Positions 30,040 to 39,587 of a DNA stretch of 64,000 bases are shown piece after piece. Position numbers and translations under genes: made by a program. How positions within the stretch are numbered: position 1 is the first letter of the stretch; the number at the start of each line of letters is the position of its first letter. The notes below the pieces were generated by a model that worked only from the letters and a program-made list of their open reading frames with translations, searched no databases and was not told where the DNA came from. The DNA lies in the NCBI GenBank assembly GCA_930990975.1, contig CAKNRR010000001.1, positions 9,756-73,755 of the forward strand, in the 5' to 3' direction. This stretch comes from an uncultured Clostridia bacterium (GTDB lineage Bacteria > Bacillota > Clostridia > Christensenellales > UBA1242).

Positions 30040-30701
30040 TAATCGACATACTTACACTCTTCCCTGAAAGTTTTTCATATCTTGACAGTTCTATTCTAAA
30101 AAGAGCAAAGGAAAGCGGAATTTTAGAAATAAATTTGATTGATATAAGACAATTTTCAAAAGATAAACATAAGAAATGTGATGACTACCCATTTGGAGGA
30201 GGGGCTGGAATGCTTATGAGTGTACAGCCTGTTTATGATGCGATAAAAAGTGTAATTAAGGATAATACAACACTTATTATGCCTTCGCCAAGCGGAGAAA
30301 CTTTTGATGTGAACTTGGCAAGTGAACTTGCGCAAAAAGAACACTTGGTTTTCATTTGTGGGCATTATGAGGGAATAGACCAAAGAATAGTAGATATTTT
30401 CAATCCTCTTGAAATTTCAATAGGAGATTATGTGCTGACGGGCGGAGAACTTCCTGCAATGGTCATGGTTGATTGTATATCAAGATTTATAAAAGGTGTG
30501 ATAAGCGAAGAAAGTTTGAAAGAAGAAAGTTTTTCAAGTGACAGACTTGAATATCCTCAATATACAAGACCAGCTGATTTTATGGGATACAAAGTTCCCG
30601 AGGTTTTGCTTTCTGGCAATCATGCCCAAATAGAAAAGTGGCGCAAAGAGATGTCAGAGAAAATTACAAAAGAAAAACGACCAGATTTGCTGAAAAAATA
30701 A
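30036..30701 (+). CDS. trmD: tRNA (guanine37-N1)-methyltransferase
   Basis: Has DILTLFPE, DDYPFGGGAGM, CGHYEGIDQR, and GNHAQIEKWR near the C-terminus. Confidence 0.96.
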   Translation: MIIDILTLFPESFSYLDSSILKRAKESGILEINLIDIRQFSKDKHKKCDDYPFGGGAGMLMSVQPVYDAIKSVIKDNTTLIMPSPSGETFDVNLASELAQKEHLVFICGHYEGIDQRIVDIFNPLEISIGDYVLTGGELPAMVMVDCISRFIKGVISEESLKEESFSSDRLEYPQYTRPADFMGYKVPEVLLSGNHAQIEKWRKEMSEKITKEKRPDLLKK

Positions 30702-30874
30702 AAAAATATTAAAATTTTATATAAATATTAAAAAAATAAAAAATAAATAAAAAAAATAATTTAATTATTAAATTAAAATAATTATTTAATAAAAAAATAA
30801 AACAATAAAAAATATTAAATAAATTAATAAATAATTTTATTTATTTTTTTAATTAATTTTTTAAATAATAAATA
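30702..30874. other. 173-bp tract that is essentially pure A/T
   Basis: Between the trmD stop and the rbgA RBS I find a single non-A/T base (C at about 30803). It occupies the slot where rplS normally sits. Confidence 0.9.
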
Positions 30875-30890
30875 GGAAAAGGAGGGTATT

Positions 30891-31706
30891 ATGAAAATAA
30901 ATTGGTTTCCAGGACACATGACAAAAACATTGAAAGAGTTGAGAGTTCTTTTGAATACAACTGATGTTGTCATATATGTTCTTGACAGCAGAGCACCAAT
31001 CTCATCAATCAATCCTTCTTTAAACAAATTATCACAAAACAAACCAGTTCTCTATGTTTTCAATAAACTTGATCTTGCTGATGAAAAAAGAGTTAGAGAG
31101 ATTGCAAAGACTTATAAAACACAAAACAGTGACTATGTTTGCCTTAACAGCACAATGTCAGGGGCTGGAAAAACTATAAAAGAGAAAATCAATCGCCTTG
31201 CAGCAAGCAAAATTGAGAAATTCAAAAGCAAGGGGATAAGGGTTGTTGTAAGAGCAGTTGTTGTTGGAGTGCCAAATTCTGGTAAGAGCACGCTTGTAAA
31301 TAATCTCTGTGGGAAAGCAAAGTTGGTGACAGGCAACAGACCTGGTGTTACAAAAATGACGCAATGGATATCAATTGGTGACAATATAGAGTTGTGTGAC
31401 ACTCCAGGCACACTATATCCAAACCTTGAAGATCAAGAAATCGCCAAAAAACTTTTCTTTATAGGAAGCATTAAAGATGAAATCATTGAAGATGTGGCCT
31501 TGCTTTCACAAGAATTTTTGGATATGACAAATGAAAAGTATAAAGATTTGCTTGTAAAAAGATTTGGAGAAAATTTAACTCTTGAAGATATAGCAAAGAA
31601 AAGAGGCTATTTAATATCTAAAGACGAATATGATATTGACCGAACTGCACAAGCCGTGCTTGATGATTTCCGTAAGGGAAGAATTGGAAGAATTACTCTT
31701 GATTAA
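30891..31706 (+). CDS. rbgA: ribosome biogenesis GTPase A (YlqF)
   Basis: Circularly permuted GTPase with WFPGHM, NKLDLAD, GVPNSGKSTLVN and DTPG. Confidence 0.92.
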   Translation: MKINWFPGHMTKTLKELRVLLNTTDVVIYVLDSRAPISSINPSLNKLSQNKPVLYVFNKLDLADEKRVREIAKTYKTQNSDYVCLNSTMSGAGKTIKEKINRLAASKIEKFKSKGIRVVVRAVVVGVPNSGKSTLVNNLCGKAKLVTGNRPGVTKMTQWISIGDNIELCDTPGTLYPNLEDQEIAKKLFFIGSIKDEIIEDVALLSQEFLDMTNEKYKDLLVKRFGENLTLEDIAKKRGYLISKDEYDIDRTAQAVLDDFRKGRIGRITLD

Positions 31707-31771
31707 GAAAAAGCAAAAGAAAAAGGGCGGATTTAAAATCTGAATGTTAAGAAAATAAAAAAGAGAAGATT

Positions 31772-32116
31772 ATGAAAGAGAAAAACAAAGTTTTAGGCTT
31801 GACTGGAGAAATTACAGCAGCTAAATATTTGCAAAAACAAGGTTATAAAATATTAAAGACCAATTATTCTTGCAAGTGTGGAGAAATAGATTTGATTGCA
31901 ATGCAAAAGGATGTTTTGATTTTTGTTGAAGTTAAAAATAGGGATACTTTAGCATTTGGGTTGCCTAGTGAAGCTGTAAATTTTCCCAAACAACGCAAAA
32001 TCAGAAAAACCGCACAATATTTTTTACTTGAACAGAAACTGCGCGATGTTGCATGCCGCTTCGATGTTATAGAAATCATAGGAGATAAAATCAATCATAT
32101 TGAGAACGCTTTTTAG
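31772..32116 (+). CDS. YraN family (UPF0102) endonuclease-like protein
   Basis: 114 aa with GEIDLIA and FVEVKNR motifs. Confidence 0.85.
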   Translation: MKEKNKVLGLTGEITAAKYLQKQGYKILKTNYSCKCGEIDLIAMQKDVLIFVEVKNRDTLAFGLPSEAVNFPKQRKIRKTAQYFLLEQKLRDVACRFDVIEIIGDKINHIENAF

Positions 32117-32278
32117 TAGGTGTTCTTTTTTTATTACAGGATAACTCTTTAAACTCAAAATATAAGTCTTTTCAAAATGTAAGCATTTTTATATTGTTGT
32201 TTAGCTTCTATGTTTAAAGTGCATTAACAATGTAAATAATATATAACAAATAAATAATAAAAGAGATAAGAGGTCGAT

Positions 32279-32794
32279 ATGGTTTTAAAGAAAACAAGAA
32301 ATATATTTTTAATTGTTCTTTTGTTGGTGGTAAGCTTGACTGCGTTTGCATGTGAAGATTCCACTCAACTTAGATGTGCAACAATAACTGAAATTACAGC
32401 TGCGGGAAGTGAAAACTATGGTGTAAGAATAAGTTTTTTACAAGATAAAAGATTGCAAGATAAGTATGTTGATGTTCAAGTGAAATTTAATAAAACGGGC
32501 GAGATAACATTTTGGGAAGAAAATCAAGAAAAAATGGAGTTTATTATTGAAGATTTTGACGAATGGTATTCAATAGAATATCTCAAGGCAAAGGCGACTT
32601 CAACCGAAGGTAGTGAAAAATTTGAAAAGTTTGAGAAAGCTTTGGCAAGAACGTATTTGTTTAATTATGATGGCAAGATTGAGCTTACATTTAGAGTTGT
32701 CGCAGGGGATATAGAAGACAACAGCACAGAAACTGGAGAAATTCTTGTTGGAAGCGAACCTATATCGAAACAGTTTACTTTAAAAATCAAATAA
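32279..32794 (+). CDS. hypothetical lipoprotein
   Basis: Signal and lipobox LTAFAC. RBS AAGAGG. A terminator hairpin lies at 32794..32822. Confidence 0.6.
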   Translation: MVLKKTRNIFLIVLLLVVSLTAFACEDSTQLRCATITEITAAGSENYGVRISFLQDKRLQDKYVDVQVKFNKTGEITFWEENQEKMEFIIEDFDEWYSIEYLKAKATSTEGSEKFEKFEKALARTYLFNYDGKIELTFRVVAGDIEDNSTETGEILVGSEPISKQFTLKIK

Positions 32795-32876
32795 AAGCAA
32801 AAATTGCTTTTATTTTTTTTGTATTTGTAGTAATATATTAAAAGAAAGATACTTTTATTTTTTATGAGGAGAAATT

Positions 32877-33566
32877 ATGATAAAAATTAAAGATTTATAT
32901 TTGAAATATACTAGAGAATTTTTTGCTTTATATGATATAAATATAAATATTGCCGAGGGAGAAAAAGTTGCACTTGTTGGCGAAGATGAAAGTGGAAAGA
33001 CAAGTCTTTTAAGAATTCTTGCCAAGTTTGAAAAAATTACTAAGGGAGAGGTCTATATAAGGGATATTCCTTTGGATAAATTAAATTATAAAACCGACAT
33101 CAGTGCAGGTTATATTCCTGCAACTCCAATATTCAAAGAAAAAAAATCTGTATATGAGAATTTTAGGTATTCTTTAAAATGCTGGGGATTTAATGAAACT
33201 GAGATAGAAAACAAGATAAACAAGACAATCATTGAGTATTCACTTGAGAAAATCAAAGATACCAAAGTGAAAGATTTGACATTAGAAGAGAAATATGTGC
33301 TTTCTTTAATAAGACTGACTTTTAGAGATCTTGATTTGTTGATGGTTGACAATATTTTTGATAAACTCAGCCAGCCAACCCTTGAAGTTGTTGTAAATTT
33401 GATAAAATCATTGCTTGGCAAAAAGACAACACTCATGGTCGCAACAACCAAAGAAGAAATAGCTGATATGTTGTGTAAGCGAAAGATTTATTTCAAATAT
33501 GGTTCAATCGTGTCAAATCTGGATGAAGAACCTGCTAAAAGTAATGTTGATAAAAAAGATAAATAA
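32877..33566 (+). CDS. ABC-type ATPase-like protein with degenerate catalytic motifs
   Basis: Walker A GEDESGKTS is present. The signature is LTLEE instead of LSGGQ. Walker B is LLMVDN (no catalytic Glu), and no H-loop His is present. Confidence 0.65.
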   Translation: MIKIKDLYLKYTREFFALYDININIAEGEKVALVGEDESGKTSLLRILAKFEKITKGEVYIRDIPLDKLNYKTDISAGYIPATPIFKEKKSVYENFRYSLKCWGFNETEIENKINKTIIEYSLEKIKDTKVKDLTLEEKYVLSLIRLTFRDLDLLMVDNIFDKLSQPTLEVVVNLIKSLLGKKTTLMVATTKEEIADMLCKRKIYFKYGSIVSNLDEEPAKSNVDKKDK

Positions 33567-33582
33567 GTTATAAAGCCCAATT

Positions 33583-33616
33583 AAAAAAGTTGTGTTACTA
33601 AGACACAACTTTTTTT
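33583..33616 (+). terminator. rho-independent terminator
   Basis: aaaaaagttgtgt / acacaactttttt stem with a 7-nt loop. Confidence 0.75.
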
Positions 33617-33791
33617 GTATGGTATTTTTTGATTTTTTATGTGATATGTTTTAATTTTCCAAAAATTATATTTTATTTTTAACAAATTTCCGCAACTATA
33701 TAAATTGGCTTTAAATCAAAAATTGTTTTAAATTATTAAAATTGGGTCTAAAAAGGATAAGTTGAGTTAAAACCAAAATTGATGTTTTTCA

Positions 33792-34247
33792 TTAAAGCAA
33801 AATTTCATCATCAGGGGAAGAGTCTCCTTTTGAAGGCTCATTTTTATTATCATCATTTTGAGTAGACTTGTTGAAATTGCTCATAATCTCAGATAAAGAC
33901 GAAAGATTTTTATTGCCAAAAAGCGAAAGAAGCATAGGTAGGATATTTTGATTGTTTTGTGAATTTGCAAAGTTTTGTTGATTATTTTGTGGATTCTCTT
34001 GATTGAAGTTGAAGGCTTGCGCGTTTTGATTGATGTTTGATTGATTGTTTATTCCATTATAGAAATTGCTATTGTTTTGTGATGTGTTTTGATTTGAATT
34101 TGTAAAAACATCTTGAGGATAATAATTGAAAGAGGGGTTGTTAAAATTGTTTGTTTGGTTATTTTGACTTGCCTCATTATTAAAAGAATTATTGTTATTC
34201 ATATTGCCAAGCAATTTTGAAAACATATCAAACATTGAATTATCCAT
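33792..34247 (-). CDS. Asn/Gln-rich low-complexity protein
   Basis: 151 aa. The central ~90 residues are dominated by N, Q, S and F (NNQTNNFNNPSFNYYPQ...QNNQQNFANSQNNQN). No strong RBS is seen. Confidence 0.5.
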   Translation of the reverse strand: MDNSMFDMFSKLLGNMNNNNSFNNEASQNNQTNNFNNPSFNYYPQDVFTNSNQNTSQNNSNFYNGINNQSNINQNAQAFNFNQENPQNNQQNFANSQNNQNILPMLLSLFGNKNLSSLSEIMSNFNKSTQNDDNKNEPSKGDSSPDDEILL

Positions 34248-34353
34248 ACTTAGATATATTCAAGATGCTTCAAAATGTTGATGAAATTTGATTTAATAAT
34301 TCAAAATAGACAATTATAAAATTTTAATGCATATATTGAAATAGGAGATGATT

Positions 34354-34650
34354 ATGACAAAACTTTCAAACTACACAAGACCGCCAAAACCGAGCGACGA
34401 GCAAAAATCAAAAGCACAAAATGAAAATAAGAAAAATATTTCTGAAAAAGATATAATGGATAAATACAATGAGTATAAAGATTTGTCAGCCAGCCAATTG
34501 AATGACGAACTTTTTAAGGAAGTGGCAAAGCAAAAGCAAGATGGTTCATTCAATTATGCTCAGCTTGAAAATATGGTTGAAAGCTTAAAGGGCTCACTAT
34601 CTCCAGAAAACTATCAAAATATGAAAAGGATTTTGGAAAGCTTGAAATGA
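34354..34650 (+). CDS. hypothetical charged protein, translationally coupled to the S8 peptidase
   Basis: RBS AGGAG. The stop overlaps the next start (ATGA at 34647..34650). An alternative ATG lies at 34348. Confidence 0.55.
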   Translation: MTKLSNYTRPPKPSDEQKSKAQNENKKNISEKDIMDKYNEYKDLSASQLNDELFKEVAKQKQDGSFNYAQLENMVESLKGSLSPENYQNMKRILESLK

Positions 34651-35798
34651 TAAGGGAAAAGATTGATAAAGCCTTGCTTAACATCGTGCAGCTTCTTCAA
34701 GATGGGAAGAAATCTCAATGTATCGTAAAGGCCTATGATTACAAAAGATTAAAAAACATATTGCTACATAGACAAGTTCCAATTTTAAATGAATATCCAT
34801 TTATCAAGTCTTTTAGGGTGCTTGTTGATAAAAACCAGCTGTCAACGCTGTCAAACTTAAGCCAAGTGAAATTCTGCTCTTCAGTCAGCACTGCCTCGAC
34901 ACTTATGCGTGTGTCTAAAAAGATTCTTGGGGCAGATAAGTTGGATTTGACAGGAGAGGGCGTGACAATAGCCTTTATAGATACAGGAATTTATGAGCAT
35001 GGCGACTTTTGTATAGGGCAAAAGAGGATAATTTGTTTTAAAGATTTTATAAATGAAAAAGAAAAGCCCTATGATGATAATGGACATGGCACTTTTGTTG
35101 CTGGTGTTTGCAGCGGAAATGGAGCACTATCAGGAGGGCTTTACAGTGGGATAGCTCCAAAATCAAATATAATTTCATTAAAAGCATTAAATGGACTTGG
35201 CGAAGCATCAGCAGAAAAGATTTTGAATGCTATGCAGTGGGTATACGATAATCATAAAACTTATAATATAAGAATTGTTTGTATGAGTTTTGGAAGCGAG
35301 CCTCTTGGATATAATGACCCAATTATGAGCGGAGCTGAAGCTCTATGGAAGGAAGGGATTGTGGTTGTTGCTGCTGCAGGCAACAGCGGACCTGAATATC
35401 AGACTATAAAAAGTCCTGGAGTATCAAGTCAGATTATCACGGTGGGAGGATTTGACGACAATAGGATAGATTTTGACGATTTTGATGAAAACTTTTTTGA
35501 AATGGCAAAATTTTCTTCAAGAGGGCCAGCATTTTCAAGATTTAAACCAGATTTGGTTGCACCATCAGTTGATATAATATCATGTGGAAGGAAAAAACCT
35601 TATGTGACTTTAAGTGGAACATCTGTGGCAACACCAATGGTTGCAGGAATGTGTGCTCTGATGCTAGAAAAAAATAGCAATTTGCGACCTGTAGAGATAA
35701 AAAGAATGCTTTTGACCTGCTGTCATCCCATTACATACAACAAAAATATAGAGGGGTATGGATACCCTCAGTTAAAAAAGCTGTTTGAACAATATTAA
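34647..35798 (+). CDS. S8 family (subtilisin-like) serine peptidase, no signal peptide seen
   Basis: Asp (AFIDTGI), His (HGTFVAG) and Ser (GTSVATPMVAG) triad in subtilase order. Confidence 0.88.
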   Translation: MIREKIDKALLNIVQLLQDGKKSQCIVKAYDYKRLKNILLHRQVPILNEYPFIKSFRVLVDKNQLSTLSNLSQVKFCSSVSTASTLMRVSKKILGADKLDLTGEGVTIAFIDTGIYEHGDFCIGQKRIICFKDFINEKEKPYDDNGHGTFVAGVCSGNGALSGGLYSGIAPKSNIISLKALNGLGEASAEKILNAMQWVYDNHKTYNIRIVCMSFGSEPLGYNDPIMSGAEALWKEGIVVVAAAGNSGPEYQTIKSPGVSSQIITVGGFDDNRIDFDDFDENFFEMAKFSSRGPAFSRFKPDLVAPSVDIISCGRKKPYVTLSGTSVATPMVAGMCALMLEKNSNLRPVEIKRMLLTCCHPITYNKNIEGYGYPQLKKLFEQY

Positions 35799-35910
35799 TG
35801 AATTTTTAATGTTATTTGTATATAATTAAATATGATAAAAATAAAAAAGACTTTATTTTCTAGTCTTTTTATTTTTTAATTGTTAAAAAATTTGTTGAAT
35901 TAAATATTTT

Positions 35911-36960
35911 TTATTTAATTTCTACTTTTTTAATAAGTTCAACAATATTTTGGCTTGCGTTTTCTATTTTGCAATTATTCATGTTTTTTATATAGTATTC
36001 TTTGTTTTTATAAAGATTGTTGAGCTTGATTTTGAATAAGTTGTCATCATAATCTTCTTCTAAAAGCATGTCACAATATCCGAGTTTCGCAAACAATTTT
36101 GCATTTTCAATTTGGTCGCCTCTTGAACATTTTTTAGATAGGGGGATAAGTAGCATTGGTTTTTTGAGAGCTAAAAATTCGTTTATTGCTCCAGAGCCTG
36201 CACGCGAAAGTATGATGTCTGCAATGTCAAGATAATCTCCGATATTGTCAGCATACTTTATTTCAAAATAGTTTTTGTGGATATGTTCTTGTTTGTTTTG
36301 TTTGCCTGTAATGTGAATTATGTTATAAAATTTTGTCAGTTTATCAAGATTTGCCCAAATTTTTTCATTTATAAACTTTGCACCTGTCGAGCCTCCAATA
36401 ACCAAAAGGTTGGGCTTGCTTTTATCAAGTTTGCAATAGAATTCAAGATGTTTTTTGTTTCCATTTAAAACCTTTTGACGAATAGGCTGACCTGTAAAGA
36501 CGCATTTCCCATTTTGTTTGCTGGTAAGTTCAAATGCTGTTGCCATATAAGTGCAAAATTTGAGAATAATCTTATTGGCAAGTCCTAAAGACAGGTCTGA
36601 TTCATGACTTACAATAGGAATTTTTAGTAATTTTCCAGCTATTACGACAGGCACAGCGACAAAACCGCCTTTTGAAAATATAGCACAGGGTTTGATTTCT
36701 TTTAAAATTTTTTTAGCTTGATTGATGGCTTTTAAAAGTTTAAATGGAATAAGGAGGTTTGATAGGGTAAGTTTTCTTTGAAGTTTTACTGCATCAATTT
36801 GATAGTATTTTATGTCTTTTTCTTTTTCCACAATGTCTTTTTCCATGCCTTTCCCGCCTATGAAGTGGACATTGTATTCATCTCCAAGACACTCTCTGAC
36901 AGCTAGAGCAGGGTAAACATGCCCGGCAGTTCCTCCGCCAGTCAAAACAATATTTTTCAT
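35911..36960 (-). CDS. murG: UDP-GlcNAc--undecaprenyl-PP-MurNAc-pentapeptide GlcNAc transferase
   Basis: LTGGGTAGHVYPALAV N-terminus and the GT28 C-terminal domain (GGSTGA, RAGSGAINE). Confidence 0.92.
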   Translation of the reverse strand: MKNIVLTGGGTAGHVYPALAVRECLGDEYNVHFIGGKGMEKDIVEKEKDIKYYQIDAVKLQRKLTLSNLLIPFKLLKAINQAKKILKEIKPCAIFSKGGFVAVPVVIAGKLLKIPIVSHESDLSLGLANKIILKFCTYMATAFELTSKQNGKCVFTGQPIRQKVLNGNKKHLEFYCKLDKSKPNLLVIGGSTGAKFINEKIWANLDKLTKFYNIIHITGKQNKQEHIHKNYFEIKYADNIGDYLDIADIILSRAGSGAINEFLALKKPMLLIPLSKKCSRGDQIENAKLFAKLGYCDMLLEEDYDDNLFKIKLNNLYKNKEYYIKNMNNCKIENASQNIVELIKKVEIK

Positions 36961-37379
36961 AAAATCAAAACCTCCTTAATTTTAATTCGAAGCTTGCCAA
37001 GCTTATTCAGCTATTTGTGTTGTTGTCTTTTTGTGTGTTTCTTATATTGTGTTGAAAAGATTGAATACAAGTTTAAATAAGCCCAGCGCTCTCTTAGTAT
37101 AATACGCAAAATATACCAAATTATGCCAAATTTCGACAAGCGTATAATATTGCATAAAAATGTATAAATATACATCACAATGTATGATTATGCAAAAAGT
37201 CAGAGGCGAATATGTGGATATTAATTATATAAGTTTGAGTTTGATTTTGTTTTAAAGTTAACTATGCAAACTAATTGTATTGATTGAGAAAATGGGGAAT
37301 TATTAATGTGAAATTTTTATTGTTAAAATGAGGATTTTATGTTATAATAATAAAGGAAAAATTGTTTATAGGAGCTTTT

Positions 37380-39332
37380 ATGAGTGAAAAAAAATACAAT
37401 GCTGAAGATATAGTCGTTCTTGAAGGTTTGGATGCGGTAAGATTGCGTCCTGGAATGTATATAGGAACGACTGGCTCAAAAGGTATGCACCACTTATTGT
37501 GGGAAATAGTTGATAATGCTATTGATGAAATATCAAATGGTTATGGCGACACAATAAAGATTACTTTAAATACTGACAATTCTGTGACGGTTGAAGATAA
37601 TGGAAGAGGTATTCCAGTTGATGAACATCCAACTCTTCATAAATCTGGCGTAGAGGTTGTTTATACAACTTTGCATGCTGGTGGTAAGTTTAATACAGAC
37701 AACTACAAATTCTCTGGTGGGCTGCATGGGGTTGGTGCGTCAGTTACTAATGCTTTATCAAAATGGTGTAATGTTACTGTTTATAAAGGCGGAAAAGAAT
37801 ATTATATAGGTTTTCATTCTTTCACCGATGAAGATGGAAAGGTGCACAGCGGAATACCAGTTGAGCCTCTGAAGTTTGTCGGCAAGACTGACAAAACAGG
37901 GACAAAAGTTACCTTCTTGCCTGATAGCGATATGTTCGGCAATATCAAATTTAATTTTGAAACAATTTGTAATAGGGCAAGAGAGCTTGCATTCTTGAAT
38001 AAAGGTTTGAAGATAGAACTTGTTGACCTTAATACTGATAGAGATGAAAAATATCACTATGAGGGTGGAATATCAGACTTTGTAGAATATTTGGTTGAAG
38101 GAAAAAATAAGATGTTCAGCAAACCAATATATTTTGAAGGAGAGGACAAAAATTTCAATTTGGAGGTTGCTTTTATTTATACAGACAGCTATACAGAGAA
38201 TTCCTTTTCTTTTGTAAATAATATTCCGACTATTGAAGGCGGAACTCATGAAACAGGTTTCCGTACAGCCTTCACAAAGGTCATGAATGAATATGCCAGA
38301 AACAACAATCTTTTGAAAGAAAAAGAGCAAAATTTGTTAGGCGAAGACTTTAGAGAGGGTATTACTGTTGTTCTCAATGTCAAAATGAACAATGTTCAAT
38401 TTGAAGGACAGACCAAGACAAAACTTGGAAATCCAGAGGCAAAGACTCTTGTTGAAAATTTGACAATCAAATGCCTGTCTTTGCTAATGAAAGATAAAAA
38501 GAATTCAACTGCTGCAGAAATCATTGTCAATAAAGCTAAGGGGGCAGCAAAAGTTCGTGAAGCTGCCAAAAAGGCAAAGGAACTCACAAGAGCTAAAAAC
38601 TCTGCTGAAAATTTCAACTTGGTTGGGAAATTGGCTGCAGCTACATCAAAAAACAGAGAAAACGCAGAATTATTTATTGTTGAGGGAGATTCTGCGGGTG
38701 GTTCTGCAAAACAAGGAAGAGATAGAAAATTTCAAGCTATACTTCCACTTAGAGGAAAACCATTAAATGCTGAGAAAAAACGCATTGACCAGGTTTTAGC
38801 AAATGAAGAGATAAGAACAATAATTTCTGCTTTAAATACAGGCATTGGGGAAGACTTTGATTTATCAAGTTTGAGATATAACAAGGTTATAATCTTAAGC
38901 GATGCTGACCAAGATGGAGCACATATCAGAGCGATTCTTTTGACATTTTTCTTTAGATATATGCGTGAACTTATCAATGACGGACATGTATTTATAGGGC
39001 TTCCTCCACTTTATAAAGTTTATAAGAAAGATTATACTGAATATGTTTATTCTGATTATGAATTGCCAGATGCAATAAATAGAGCAGGAAGGAATTATAG
39101 TCTTCAGCGCTATAAAGGTCTTGGAGAAATGAATCCTGAACAACTTTGGAAAACTACAATGGACCCTGAAAAAAGGAATTTGATTCAAGTGACAATTGAA
39201 GATGCTGCTGAAGCTGAAAAGATGGTCAGCACATTGATGGGCGATGATATTGAAGCTAGAAAGAAATATATCAATGAACATGCAAATTTTGATAGAGAAG
39301 ATGAATTCTTGAAAAATTACAAAAAAATATAA
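37380..39332 (+). CDS. parE: type IIA topoisomerase subunit B, probably topoisomerase IV ParE (a GyrB paralogue)
   Basis: GHKL ATPase (LEGLDAVRLRPGMYIG, GLHGVGASV), Toprim EGDSAGGS and PLRGKPLN. The subunit assignment follows its partner gene. Confidence 0.7.
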   Translation: MSEKKYNAEDIVVLEGLDAVRLRPGMYIGTTGSKGMHHLLWEIVDNAIDEISNGYGDTIKITLNTDNSVTVEDNGRGIPVDEHPTLHKSGVEVVYTTLHAGGKFNTDNYKFSGGLHGVGASVTNALSKWCNVTVYKGGKEYYIGFHSFTDEDGKVHSGIPVEPLKFVGKTDKTGTKVTFLPDSDMFGNIKFNFETICNRARELAFLNKGLKIELVDLNTDRDEKYHYEGGISDFVEYLVEGKNKMFSKPIYFEGEDKNFNLEVAFIYTDSYTENSFSFVNNIPTIEGGTHETGFRTAFTKVMNEYARNNNLLKEKEQNLLGEDFREGITVVLNVKMNNVQFEGQTKTKLGNPEAKTLVENLTIKCLSLLMKDKKNSTAAEIIVNKAKGAAKVREAAKKAKELTRAKNSAENFNLVGKLAAATSKNRENAELFIVEGDSAGGSAKQGRDRKFQAILPLRGKPLNAEKKRIDQVLANEEIRTIISALNTGIGEDFDLSSLRYNKVIILSDADQDGAHIRAILLTFFFRYMRELINDGHVFIGLPPLYKVYKKDYTEYVYSDYELPDAINRAGRNYSLQRYKGLGEMNPEQLWKTTMDPEKRNLIQVTIEDAAEAEKMVSTLMGDDIEARKKYINEHANFDREDEFLKNYKKI

Positions 39333-39430
39333 AAATAATTATCAGAAAGCAGTTTATTTATAAAAATATTTTTATGGATAAGAAAAACTACTTACAAGAG
39401 TGCTAATGTTTTTATAAAGATGAATTGAAG

Positions 39431-39509
39431 GCCGAGAAGCAAATTTTGCATGCAAAATTTAAAAATGCTTACGCATTTTGCACAAACGAAAGTTTGTGCG
39501 CTTCTCGGC
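39431..39509 (+). other. candidate structured RNA/DNA element: four-way junction (copy B)
   Basis: P1 is 39431..39440 paired with 39500..39509 (gccgagaagc/gcttctcggc). P2 is 39441..39460 (20-nt palindrome). P3 is 39462..39479 (7 bp, loop ttac). P4 is 39480..39499 (8 bp, GAAA loop). One junction nucleotide is unpaired. Confidence 0.55.
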
Positions 39510-39587
39510 AGTTGACCCGCACCCGCCGACTTAAAGGCAAGGCATATTACCCGCAAAAAGCTAAATAAAACAACGATAGGAGAGTTT

